The translations under genes and the position numbers were made by a program. A stretch of 63,372 nucleotides of DNA, filler included, from Pseudovirgaria hyperparasitica (taxonomy: Eukaryota): assembly GCA_010093815.1 (NCBI GenBank). It is 3 parts of 2 records of this genome, joined end to end, with 100 filler letters (N's around TTAATTAATTAA, not from the genome) between each part and the next. Parts side by side here need not be neighbours in the genome. Positions count along the whole stretch, not along the records: positions 1 to 14,925 come from ML996607.1; 2 more parts are not named here. One strand, 5' to 3'. The notes below the pieces were generated by a model. It made no database searches. It was not told where the DNA came from and saw only the letters and a program-made list of their open reading frames with translations. How positions within the stretch are numbered: position 1 is the stretch's first letter; every line of letters begins with the position of its first letter. Of the stretch, positions 1 to 11,990 are shown piece after piece.

Positions 1-391
1 AGCAAGTCCGGTACCTGCCCATCATCCAATTTCATCTGAGCGAACAACGATCCTAGCGAGTTTCAAACATCGTGAACTTCCTAACGCGCAATGCGAGAGA
101 GATCGACCGGTTCCGAATCCACCGGCAACTCTTCCTGGCCAGGCAAATTATGAAAGAACTGAAAGCCTAGGGCGCACCGAGCTCGACTCACAGACCAGTG
201 GATCGTCATTTTCACAAAAAACTGACGACAACTCAGTCTACAGTTTTCAAGACGACCTCTCGTATCCAGTCGTTACCTCATATCCAGGGCATCTTCAAGC
301 ACCAATCGCGTCGGCGGGTGCTGCTGTCGGCCTCCTTCCGTTTCCAGATGCTAATCATCGCACGAAAAGTCGCACTTCATCTAACATCCAG

Positions 392-754
392 TTGCAAGAT
401 AGGACTGATAGCGGTCTTGCCTTTGGCGGTGACTATGAGCACTATACTAGATTAGATAAATATGGTCGAGCATATCAAATCCCAGTCGAGATTAAGTCGG
501 GTTCGAAACAGGCCGATGATAGACGGAAACGGAACGCAGGCGCCTCGGCTCGTTTTCGCCAACGACGGAAAGCGAGAGAGAAGGAACTTGCATCAAAATT
601 GGATGCTGCCTCCAAAGAAGTAGAGGCTGCTCGGGCAACCATAGAGGATCTCAAATGCCGTTTGGACCAGGCGCTGGAGGACAAAGAATTCTGTCGACAA
701 AAGTCAGCCACCTTAGAAATTCGAGAAATGACCAGAGTCACAAAAGACATCTAG
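392..754 (+). CDS. bZIP transcription factor-like protein (5' end uncertain)
   Basis: Basic region KQADDRRKRNAGASARFRQRRKAREKE followed by a leucine heptad zipper, preceded by the IPVEI..S motif seen in a conserved fungal bZIP family. Confidence 0.75.
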   Translation: MQDRTDSGLAFGGDYEHYTRLDKYGRAYQIPVEIKSGSKQADDRRKRNAGASARFRQRRKAREKELASKLDAASKEVEAARATIEDLKCRLDQALEDKEFCRQKSATLEIREMTRVTKDI

Positions 755-2979
755 GGAGACTATAATCGATTCATCCTCAGTCACCGCTGGGTCTATCGCC
801 AGTATGAAGATATCAATATATTCGCATAACACATACAAGAAATTATCCCCATCGATCAAGCTACGTGGGTGAAATTACGTGTAATGAGTTGAGTGAGGAA
901 TGTGCGGATAATGAAGGCTACTTATCTATATTCCCACCAATTTGAATTGTGTGCGCCGGAATTTGACAAAGGTGATAGTGTTCACTGTCACTCATCCCTC
1001 TACCTTAGTACGATAAGTATCTCTGATGTAAGAGTACATGCAGTCTAGCCTCTCGTACTGGAGAAGTCAAGTTATTGTCTACAATGTCGATCCTACTCAC
1101 GAAAAGTGAGCCACTTCTCGATCTCTATAGTCGGACACTCGTGACTCACTTAGCTAGCTTGCATAGGGATCCGGCCGTTATATGCAATTAGCTAAGTAAA
1201 GACTACCTGGATACATCTCAAAGCTCGCGCAGCTTGGGACTATCACTTGAACTGAAGGAACCGTTTGCTTAAAAAAGGTTTGCGAGGTCACCATGTTGTA
1301 CGACTAGCCGTCTCTTGCAATGCGAAAAATATACCCTAAAAGGCCACATTCAATGCCTGACGCTGTGACGCTTTTCGTCCATGGGCTACCAATATAGGAC
1401 CCGTTTACTGTGGCAGGACCTTAAGAATCAGGGACAGCTTGGATGATACTGAAGAGTACCACGACTCGATGACGTCGCTTATCCAGGCAATTGAATCATT
1501 TAGACTGGATACACAACATCAAGACGATATGCGGGAACCAATTCAGAGGAAGCCTACTACAGCAATGAAGTATCTACAGATCCTGCATGATGCCCAGCGA
1601 CGCTGTATGGTTGAACAACAGAAACTCAACAAAGAATGGCTGCGATTACATGGTATAGAGAGCTCCAATTTAAGACAAAGAATCCAGCAGTATTGCGAGC
1701 GGAATTGGATATGAAAAGCAGTAGAGTCATGACTAGCGGCGGCTTGGTAGACGGGTTTTGCGAAAATCGGATCGATCCCCTAAATGCTCTTCATCAACCC
1801 CGACTCAGCATTCCGACTCAGCAGGCTGAACTCCGGTCTATCTCATTTGCAGCCAGTCTGTTATGCTATCTCGAATGTTTCCCAACTTCGTTTTCACTGT
1901 GTGTACTATTCGTTATAGTATAGTTGACGCTGCCAAATGCAGTATATCGTGAAGATCATGAGCTACAACTACGGAGGTCTCCAAGCTTATAAGAAACGGT
2001 GACATCTCTTTCATCAGCCTCGAATCATGTTAGTGTGGCCTGTCTTTTGTTTAACGTGCTCTATTGGATCATCTATCGGTCGGCTCGCGGGCGCCCCTAC
2101 GCAATCATTCTACCTCAATGTAGAACGCCTCCACGACGTCAAATCACAACTGTATGATCAGGTGTACTTAGATCTATCCTGCTCGGTGTATCGAGGAATT
2201 CGGAAAATCTACAAAATGCTGTGGGATTTCACAGCCTTCAATCGAGTCTTCAACCACTTCCGCTTTGAGAACAGCACTTTTGACTATGATTTCTGAGCCA
2301 GGGGAGTTCGCCAGGCAATAGCCAAAGCATACCCCAAGCCGCACGGCGGAAATTGTTCGACACTCACTCACGGCCTGTGGCTTCTCGCATCAATATAAAC
2401 CTGGGTTGGTCGTTGTTCCGGAAAATCAATTGCACAACAAGCTCACGTCTGCCGATCTAAACTATTTCGAGCTCCAAGCTCTGAAGGCTCTGGCAAATAT
2501 CCTCCCTGCGTGCTTGGGCCGTGCAACAATTGTCCGAAATGAGGTGAAAGGCAGGAACTTTGTGAAATGGTGAATGAGACTAAAAGACAGTGTAGCGAAT
2601 GAAAAGTGAGGTATTCACGTTATACCGACGCAGGAGAGTTCGTGATGACCAGTGAGAAATGGGTGATGTCGAATCAAGTAGCGAATCGATCATTCTGGAA
2701 CTTGATCCTCCGGCCTGCCTGATGCTGCAAATGGGTTCATTGCGTTAGTACTTGGGGTAAAGTGTGTGCGAAGTCGCTTATTACCGTCAATCCCGTCCGT
2801 AACTTTTTCAGCGCAACTCTTGGCATGCACGCCTATGCGCGACACAACGTTTTTCCATAGTAAACGAGCATTTTGAACATTATCGTGCATAGCAGCCGCA
2901 ACGTCGTGAAATACGTCGAATCCACGTATATAGGCACTCATTAGCCTCATCTCCATATTGTATAATACTTGAAATACCC

Positions 2980-5170
2980 CTAAACCATGCCTATAGCGCG
3001 TTATAGTGGTAAGAGGGCTCGTTTTAGTAGGCCGCTTGAGATGCCTAACTGCTCGATAGAGGCTCCTCCTCCTTAAACGCGTCGTATATATTAACTAATA
3101 GTAAGGGCGATAGTAAGCCGTAGTTAGGTAGTCCGAAATAGGAAGTCTAAGAGTAAGACGGCAAATAGTACCCTAGCTACTATTATTAAATAGGCGGCTG
3201 TCATATCTAATCGTAACGCGAATGCGGTAGAGATACTTATCTCTATGCTATAGGCGTTAAATAAGGCTATAGATATACGTTCGTTACCATCACCATTACG
3301 TAGTAATAAGTATAATATAGAAAATAAGCCTCCTCTATTAAGTCCTCCTATAGCTATAGCCCTCTTTATACTATATCTAATATTAGTACTTTATATTAAT
3401 AGAAAGAAGGAGAAATAAAAGAACCTATCTTTATCTCTACGCGAGTTCTAGGCGCTAGATAAAATTAAGGATAGGATAAATAAGGCTATATAAGAGATAG
3501 TTATTAATGAGTCGTAGGAGTTCGACGGAAAAACGTCCCTAGTTATATAATCTTAGTCTACCTTGAATAAGTATATATACTTAATAGAAGTCTCCTTCGC
3601 CCTTATAGATAAGGTCGAGATTCTATCCTATATTAATTATATTTATATAAGGAAACCAAAGCACAATATTAATCTAAAGTTCGAAGTTAGAGTACTATAC
3701 CCTAGATATAAAGCTATGAAGAAACGAAGAGTATAAGCTTCTAAAACCGGCCCTCGTGGCGTAACGTTATTAGTAAATATACGTGGGACGCCTACGCTTA
3801 CTAGTATATATAGCGAATTACTCTCTCCTCCAAATAATCTTAAGATACCGCTATTACACGCCTTTATATACTATATATAAGCTAGGGCACCTAGTTTAGG
3901 AGGGAGACGGAATGGCCTAATTAGCGCCGTGAATACTATATAAGTAGACGTAGTAGTAAATACTACGTAGTATTACCACGCTCTAGTTGCTCGTCTTAAG
4001 TATAGTGTAAGAATAGGGTTATTGGATAGTAGTGTAGTCAGATGGAACAATGGGGTGTATTCTATCACAGAACAAATTACTACCGAACCCTTTCAGTAGG
4101 AATCCGAGAGTATATACACAAAGGGACGCCGATCTGTCTAGCACGTGACTGTTCACCGCCCTTCACGTCACCTCCTGACCCTGTCAGCTGAGGTACGTGC
4201 AGGTCGGGTCCTGCCTAAGGCTGAGTCCTGACATATAGAGTTAATAACTATTCTTATAAGGATAGGTACTATTAGATATAGGCCGATAAAGGCTCTAGTA
4301 TAGGTGCTTAGTACTATAAAGTTATAACTATAGATATCTACTACTAGGTAAACGTACTTACCGTAGAAGTAGAGGAGAGTATCTCTATTAAGAATCCACC
4401 GTCTTTTCTAAAGGAGCGATTCCGTAACCGTAAGCCTATCGGCGTATAGTTGAAGCGTCCTAATAAGCGTTAGCTTAATAAAGAGAAATAGACGAAGTTA
4501 TAAGAGGATATGCGGCTATTTATTACTAAGTAGTAATTATAAGACATAAAACGTAAAGAATAGTAGGCTAAGCGTAATAAGGCTTAAGCTAGACGTAAAG
4601 AGAGACGGGATTGAATACGTGATAAGAAGTAGATAGACGATCGTAAAGTAAAGCGTTATTACCACGACGGTATATTTAAATAAGAGGTTATCCTATATAG
4701 GTATATCTAGCCTTATTTACTATATTCTATTTAGGTATACCCTCCGCCTTAATATTCTTTACCTCTATCTAGTATATTACTAGTTTCTTAAGAAGTAACG
4801 CCGCCTAAGCTAGTTCTAGTAGCTACGGCTTCTAGTCCTGCGGCGCTATATATGGACTAGGTAGAGGTTATTAAGTAGATAATGGACTAGCGGATAGATA
4901 TAGAGAGAGTAGATAAGAAGATCAAGGCGCTAGAGAACTTTAAGGCATGGTTATCGAAGAACTTATATAAGTATAGTAAAGTTAAGGCGATAAGGACGCG
5001 TAGGCACCTATTATATAAGGATGCGCTTATAAATAGTATCTCTATACCATACATCTAGAAGTGTCGCGCGTGGCTATCTAAATATAAGAGAGAGTTAAAG
5101 AAGATAGATAGATAGGTAGATAGGGATACTACTAATACACTTCTACGACTATAGAGTGGAGTTATATAGA
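2980..5170 (+). pseudogene. heavily RIP-mutated second ORF region of the TIR element (product unrecognisable)
   Basis: Very TpA/TAG/TAA-rich, purine-rich coding-like texture inside the TIRs, convergent with the integrase; no open frame; strand is inferred. Confidence 0.35.
4006..4233 (-). mobile_element. solo LTR (228 bp)
   Basis: TG...CA termini, 5-bp TSD TATAG (4001-4005, 4234-4238); reverse-complement homologue of 11019-11246. Confidence 0.9.
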
Positions 5171-5658
5171 CTATATTTTAGGATATATATATATATTCAT
5201 ACTACTTTTATATTACTTGATTAGGAAATACGTTAGAATACGTTAGTAGTAACATTACTCTATAACTTTAGCTCCTTTAAATCTCTCTACTAATTCAACT
5301 ATATCGTGGCTGGCTTGGAGGAGGTACACTCGTACGAAGAGTGAGGGATTGGCGTAGAGTATTTGGTGTGTGTGGTATTGGATGAGGTGAGGGAGATCCA
5401 ATTGGGGATGAAGTAAGATTAACAATCTCTATATTAGTAAAGAGTGTTTGCTGGCAATCTGGACAGGTAGCCACTTCGTACGAAGAGTGGTGCCTCCCAG
5501 TTTTGGAGCAGTAGTTATGGAAAGCATTTAATACTGGCATGGCTATTCGAGATGCAAGTTAAAAGGTTTTCATATAAGAAGAATATTATAAAAGAGAGGG
5601 GCTGTAAGTTATAGAAAAACCAAAGTACTCTCGTACGACGCTACTTCCTAGATTATAC

Positions 5659-7335
5659 TCAATCTACCCAATTAATTATTATTAAGATTAGACGCCTCAA
5701 CATTCTTAAGAGCGGTTCCCTGTATAGTCTATTAGTATACCGCTCTTTATTCTCGTACGGAAGAATGATACTTACAAACAAATTAGGATCTAGATGTGGA
5801 TGTGCTAGGACTTCTAGCCGAGGGGCTATTCTAGTATAGACATGGTCCTGAATCCTACGGCGTAGCTGAACATAGATATCCATAAATGGACTTCTCTGTT
5901 CTTCAGCCGTACGAAGCGGTGTACCTCTATTAAAGCTAAGATCTTCGAGCTGGTTCGTACACCATAGTAGTGTATTAGGTGGTAGATATGCATCCATATC
6001 CTAAGCTCCTGCCTGGCCTCGGATAGTAGCAAGAGCCTCTTGATTAATAGGTACTGCTCCACGTTTAATACCTTTAGCTGGCATAAAGTAATTTCGTACG
6101 GGTGGTCCAGAGACAGCAGATGGTCGATCTCTCTGTCTTCGGATAGGATGCTGATTCCATGTCTGTACGAAGCTTGAAACTTCCGTACGGAGAATTGGAA
6201 TATAGATTGCCTGAATAGTAATCCGATCTGTATAACTCTGTGTATTAAAGATACCTCTCTGCTTAAGCTCTGAGAAGAAGTTCTAAATATCTATTAGCTA
6301 AGTATAATATACTACCGTACGATACATACCCTCCATCGGAATAAGAGTGCCTTAGAAAGCTGTGCCCACCAAGCCTCAATCCTTTGATTAGATGTACTTG
6401 TCCTAAACATCCAGCATTGATTTAGTGGAATCTCTGGGTCATCAACCTGGCGGAGATTCCACTGAATATTTGCCATACAAGTTGTCTCACCACCTCTATC
6501 ACTTCGTACGAAGCGTGGCTGGATACCTCTAATTCTTAAAGTTTCTAGAAACTGAAAGAGACAACTAACTGCTGTAGCAGATGAGATACTAACATAGGCC
6601 CAGATAATATATCTTGAGTATGCATCCATATAGGCATAGATCTCAATACCGTATAAGCTAAGCTTGTGGTACCCATCCATACTCTAGATATAATCAGGAC
6701 CTTTCATAATATGCTGGCCTCTATGGCGCTGAAAATCATGATAGCGGCGTCGTACGCCCTCTGGATTTAAGATCTTCATAGCCTGAAATAGCCGATCTCT
6801 AGATAGATTCTTAGAATAAGTCTTTATATATAGATAGATAGAAGGGTATAGATACCGTACAGTCTGGACTCCAGCTCCTAGGAAATGTGCATGGAGTAGG
6901 CCTCGACTAAACCCATTAATTACTCCTAACTCTAAGCCTTCCCGTACGAGCTGCATTGCCTTCTTACTTTCAGCCTGTTATGCATCAATACCTCGTACCT
7001 TTCGTACGATACCCATATCTATACGACGGCGATATAGAGAACTCCGTGAGATCTTAAACCCTTCTTCTTGAAGGATCCGAATAATCTCAGTATCTGGAAG
7101 AGCTAGTTCAAGGGTAAGAGTACGGATTCTATCCTATAGGCTCTCTCGTACGGAAGAGGGAAGTAAAGAAGAGTCCTTTTAAATCTTCCATGTAGAGAAA
7201 CAGCGCTTGAGCGTACGATGGGATACTGTAATACCATGTACACGCTTAATCCAGGCTAGGAGATCATTCTAGGTATAACCAGAGGTATATTTTGAGATAA
7301 TCTCCATCTGGAGATGGGCTATCTGTTACGCCATT
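5659..7335 (-). pseudogene. integrase-core (IS3EU-type) DDE transposase, probably with N-terminal Clr5-like HTH, broken by RIP stops
   Basis: Motifs DGYHKL..YGIEIYAYMDAYSR, PRFVRSDRGGE and STSNQRIEAWW in ORF 6312-6680; upstream fragment RDRLFQAMKILNPEGVRRR. Confidence 0.8.
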
Positions 7336-7632
7336 ATATAAAGAGAGAAAATATATATAGATAGGCACGTATTACGTACGAAGAGAGGGATATTTAAAGA
7401 GGGGGGAGTAGGTTTGATGTATATGAGTATGCTTTTAAGGTGTGTGCCCTCGGCAAAAAAAAAGTGTGGCCCGCTGACACATACCGTCCGCGGTAGTGCA
7501 TGCCAAGAGTTACGCTGAAAAAGTTACGGACGGATCCATGTAGAATATGCTGCTGCGTTCTTTCTCCTCGCCGACCATCTTTCCGACGCTGTCCAAGTTC
7601 TCTCAAATCAAATGCAAGACACACAACTCGCC

Positions 7633-8387
7633 NNNNNNNNNNNNNNNNNNNNNNNNNNNNNNNNNNNNNNNNNNNNNNNNNNNNNNNNNNNNNNNNNNNN
7701 NNNNNNNNNNNNNNNNNNNNNNNNNNNNNNNNNNNNNNNNNNNNNNNNNNNNNNNNNNNNNNNNNNNNNNNNNNNNNNNNNNNNNNNNNNNNNNNNNNNN
7801 NNNNNNNNNNNNNNNNNNNNNNNNNNNNNNNNNNNNNNNNNNNNNNNNNNNNNNNNNNNNNNNNNNNNNNNNNNNNNNNNNNNNNNNNNNNNNNNNNNNN
7901 NNNNNNNNNNNNNNNNNNNNNNNNNNNNNNNNNNNNNNNNNNNNNNNNNNNNNNNNNNNNNNNNNNNNNNNNNNNNNNNNNNNNNNNNNNNNNNNNNNNN
8001 NNNNNNNNNNNNNNNNNNNNNNNNNNNNNNNNNNNNNNNNNNNNNNNNNNNNNNNNNNNNNNNNNNNNNNNNNNNNNNNNNNNNNNNNNNNNNNNNNNNN
8101 NNNNNNNNNNNNNNNNNNNNNNNNNNNNNNNNNNNNNNNNNNNNNNNNNNNNNNNNNNNNNNNNNNNNNNNNNNNNNNNNNNNNNNNNNNNNNNNNNNNN
8201 NNNNNNNNNNNNNNNNNNNNNNNNNNNNNNNNNNNNNNNNNNNNNNNNNNNNNNNNNNNNNNNNNNNNNNNNNNNNNNNNNNNNNNNNNNNNNNNNNNNN
8301 NNNNNNNNNNNNNNNNNNNNNNNNNNNNNNNNNNNNNNNNNNNNNNNNNNNNNNNNNNNNNNNNNNNNNNNNNNNNNNNNNNNNNNN
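7633..8387. other. assembly gap (N)
   Basis: Run of N. Confidence 0.99.
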
Positions 8388-8819
8388 GCCATCATGGTCA
8401 GCCAGCGAGTCGAGTGGGAATTTGTCATTCACACTGCTCAGTTGTATCAGCGCATGGGTTGCGATGTGCTAGCGCTAGATCTAGTGCGAAGTTGGGAGTT
8501 TCTTACGCCGCCGCCGCAGATGAAGAAGCAGATGCCGACCTCGCCGCTCGCGTCGTATGATCTGGATCCGAGGAAGCTGTTGAGGAGGAGGAGCTCCTTA
8601 GTCGTGGCCGATCTGCCAATCAGAAGGACTATGACGCCTTCACTTCGGAATGGGGTCAAGGAGGGAAGTCAAGAAGACGACGACGAAGAGACTGAGGATG
8701 AAGACGTTGACAAATACGAGGGCGAAAAGGAGAAAGACTCAGAGAAGAAAAAGTCGCAACCGCCGACGCAATTCAATGAACCGGACGCAAACAGCTTGTT
8801 GGATTCTTTTGGATTCTAG
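8388..8819 (+). CDS. RAV1: 3' end of RAVE complex subunit Rav1 (partial)
   Basis: EWEFVIHTAQLYQRMGCDVLALDLVRSWEF and terminal PTQFNEPDANSLLDSFGF resemble the fungal Rav1 C-terminus. Confidence 0.7.
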   Translation, partial: AIMVSQRVEWEFVIHTAQLYQRMGCDVLALDLVRSWEFLTPPPQMKKQMPTSPLASYDLDPRKLLRRRSSLVVADLPIRRTMTPSLRNGVKEGSQEDDDEETEDEDVDKYEGEKEKDSEKKKSQPPTQFNEPDANSLLDSFGF

Positions 8820-8900
8820 AGCGCTCGCGATCGCGCAAAAGTCTTTGGATGTTTTTGTAGAGTAGTCAGAATTTCTATGCCCATGAGTTTAGCCCCATTG

Positions 8901-9836
8901 CTATGCCTTCACAGGACTGAATTGCTTGATACGACCTTCGACCATTGGAGCGATTGCCTAGAATGTCAGCGATTGGCACGCTTGAAGATGAAAAAGACTT
9001 ACCGTTGTCCAATTCACAGTGAATTCGCCATGGTTTAACGGATGACCTAGCTTTGCATCCTCTGTCATCCCGGCCAGCCGCCACCATTTCCGCATGACTC
9101 GTCTCATAACCTCCAGCTCTCGTTCCTGCCGACTCGACTGCGTCGAAATCGGTTTGGTGGTCGCGGTCTCATCCTCGCTGTCCGCATCAACGCCATCCGT
9201 CTCCCCAGTCACTTGACTTCGATTCGTGCGTTCCGCCTCGAACGACTCGAACGCTCCCAGAACATCGTCCGTCGGCGACTGGGGCTCCATATGGGGGTGT
9301 TTGGCCTGCAAATTCCTTTGTACGCCCTGCCAATGTCGACCCATACTTGGCCCCCACATCTTCCATTTCCCGAGCACTTTCAACGACATGAAGTACTGTC
9401 GCAGCAGTGTCGATATCAGGACACCGTTCTCCTCGGACACAATTTCGACTGCCTTACCACCCTCAGCTTCGATGAGTAGCGAATCATACCCATCCTTTCC
9501 GCGCGCCATATAGCCCCTTGTCGCCAGCTTATACACACGGTCCTTGTCTAGCGGCCCGCCTGCAACTTCACAGCTTATAATGCGGGACCCCTCTGGCTTT
9601 TCGGGATGAAACTCGAATTCAATGTTGGAGACTTGTGGAAAGCGACCCTCGAGCGCGGGGAATTTGCTTACGGAGTTCTCGAGAGCTTCGAGGATAGCTT
9701 GCCCAGTTACGTTGATGACAACTACCGGATCTTCGAATGGGAAGCAATTCATAATGTCCTTCAGTCGGAGCACGCCTGGTGGGTATATTTGATCACCTCG
9801 GATAGTACCGGCGGCCATGAGGCCGCAATCTGCATA
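8901..9836 (-). pseudogene. 5'-nucleotidase C-terminal half (5' truncated)
   Basis: ADCGLMAAGTIRGDQIYPPG...FPFEDP...LEGRFPQVS...YKLATRGYM...GKDGY; intron 8958-9002 then last exon AIAPMVEGRI; no metallophosphoesterase half upstream. Confidence 0.8.
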
Positions 9837-10806
9837 GCGGTTGTTTAACCTGTCAGCGGCGGAAGATAAGTGTAAGATTACATAAAATTGATGAAACTTA
9901 TACTGATATAGCGTTGCAGTGCGATAATGCTCGACCAGATTGCAAGTCCTCTGACTAATTACGACTCCACTAGCTCTGCTAACAGATATTATAGGTCACA
10001 GATGTTATCATGCCTGGCTCATCTGCGAACGATCCTCGGCGGGGTGCGCTATCGAAGGCGTCCTTAATACGATATTTGCGCTGTGTGCGGTAGCGATTCT
10101 GGGTTTCCTGTACATGTACTTAGTTTTGGCCGGATCTCGTTCTGATTTGAAGCAATGAAACTTTCAATTCTGCAGTGGATCGATATGAAATCAGAACTCT
10201 TGAGGATACTACAATGAATAACCAATTCATGACCCAAAGATATCAAAACAGGGGAAGACAAATAGATGATTTTACCGTCTGGTCTGTTCGACACTGAGGT
10301 TTCCACATACGTGAGCTAAAGATCCTCTGAGCACTCTAACTATATACATTTCGTCGCATGACGCTCAGAATTAGGGGTTTTGAAACCTCAGGTGACCTTC
10401 GTTTTTTGACCTTTTTGACCTCCAATACTGTTGGAGGCTGGGATACCAGCCACCCATTTCCGTATACTTATACGGTTCCATAGTCTCCTCTAGTTTAGCA
10501 ATCAATCAATCCTTCTACCCTTCTACAACGGTGTCTATATTCCAACAAATACCCCCATATTCAACCGAGTGTTTGAATCCTCATCTCACCTCCAGCTTAA
10601 AACCCGAGCTGAGGACAGGGATTAGAAGACGGTGCGGAAGTAAAGGAAGACGGCGTGAGACTAAAGGATTGTGGCTTCGGGATGGCTGAACCTACCTATT
10701 ATAGGTATGGTTGGAGGTCAAAAATTGACATTTTTGAGCAGCAAGTATTTTTCGCACGTCGACGAGCTCGAATCTATTCGATTTCGCCTATACTTCGGTA
10801 AATCTA

Positions 10807-11565
10807 ATCTTCGCAACTTTTTCAGCGCAACTCTTGGCACGTGTCGCGCGCGCAACACACGTGTTTTTTACCCGATACCTCTAATTCACAAAACCTTATA
10901 TTTTCCTTAATAACTCTAGATTAAAGACTCTAGAAGATAATAAAAGACTCTATATACCTCTATTTATATCTTAAGAATATTTATTAAGTCCTTTTAAAGA
11001 CTAAAGAATCTAAAAGAGTGTCAGGACTCAGCCTCAGGCAGGACCAGATACGCACGTACCTCAGCTGACTTGGTCAGGAGGTGGCGTGATAGGCGGTGAA
11101 CGGTCACGTGCTGAGCAGATCGGCGTCCCTTCGTGTATATACTCTCGGATTCCTACCGAAAGGGTTCGGTAGTAATTCGTCCTGTGACAGAATACACCCC
11201 ATTGTTCCATCTGGCTACACTACTATCCAACTACCCTATTCTTACAAAGAGATACATAGTAGAGAGAATCTCTATTTTCTCTCTATCTTTACTATATACC
11301 TCGGTACTTTAACCCCTCTATATACTTTAAAGTTATAATTATAGAGCTTTTCTTAGAATAACTAATTAATATATTCTTTTTTTCTTAATTTTTTTCTATA
11401 GAAAGTAAGAGACTATATAGAAGTATATTTAGATATAATTAAAAAACTTCCTAGAGTCTTAGTTCTAGAGTTATTAGAGAAAAGGTAGGAGTCTAAGAAT
11501 AAGAGAAAAATGTGTGTGTTGCGCGCAACACGTGCCAAGAGTTGCGCTGAAAAAGTTACGGACGG
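10807..11565. mobile_element. MITE sharing TIRs with the 2793-7533 element
   Basis: AACTTTTTCAGCGCAACTCTTGGCACGTG at the left end and its reverse complement ending ACGGACGG at 11565; AT-rich RIP-like interior. Confidence 0.85.
11019..11246 (+). mobile_element. solo LTR (228 bp)
   Basis: TG...CA termini, 5-bp TSD AAGAG (11014-11018, 11247-11251); same family as 4006-4233. Confidence 0.9.
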
Positions 11566-11753
11566 ATAGAATCTATCGACGGGTGGCGTCCGGACACCGT
11601 CTCTATACTTAAAAATAAGGTTATTCTGGAGGTCAGAAATCGACCTGAGGTTTCAAAAACCCCTTTATTATGCTAGTCAATTAGACGTATAGTCGCCTCG
11701 AAACTATGAAAAGAGACTCCATCATGCGGGTAGAAGTGGGGTCGTTCTGCCCA

Positions 11754-11990
11754 CTAAGCGCATGCTCCTTTTCCCCGCATCCTAGGGTGCCTACGTGCTG
11801 TGCCGCACCATGCACGCAGCCCAAGGTGAAGCTGATGGCTATATTTTTCGGCTGAGCACTGCATGCTACTTTCACGGGAGTTTTCACAGCAAATATCCTT
11901 CCTGTCGAGAAGTATGTCAGGCTCACACATCTCATAGATACACCACCACATGGCCATCTAATCACTATTTTCTGTCTCAGAGCGCGAAGC
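11754..11990 (-). pseudogene. possible degenerate fungal C2H2 zinc-finger fragment
   Basis: WWC...C....DRKD and RAWCG resemble the W-C/RKD/WCGFC fungal C2H2 pattern; frameshifted. Confidence 0.3.

Larger units (their letters stand above)
2793..7533. mobile_element. RIP-degraded TIR DNA transposon, IS3EU-like (integrase-core DDE), ~4.7 kb
   Basis: 38-bp inverted repeats at 2793-2830 (CCGTCCGTAACTTTTTCAGCGCAACTCTTGGCATGCAC) and 7496-7533, one mismatch; ATC on both flanks (possible TSD, exact ends ambiguous); TpA-rich interior; integrase pseudogene inside. Confidence 0.8.
10373..11664. mobile_element. non-autonomous TIR element (outer shell of a nest)
   Basis: TIRs AGGGGTTTTGAAACCTCAGGT (10373) and ACCTGAGGTTTCAAAAACCCCT (ends 11664); subterminal GACCTCCA/TGGAGGTC motifs. 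Confidence 0.7.

Noticed and set aside
7394..8819. Long ORFs spanning N runs (also 40900-41991)
   Set aside because: Open only because N codons contain no stops; only the Rav1 tail is supported
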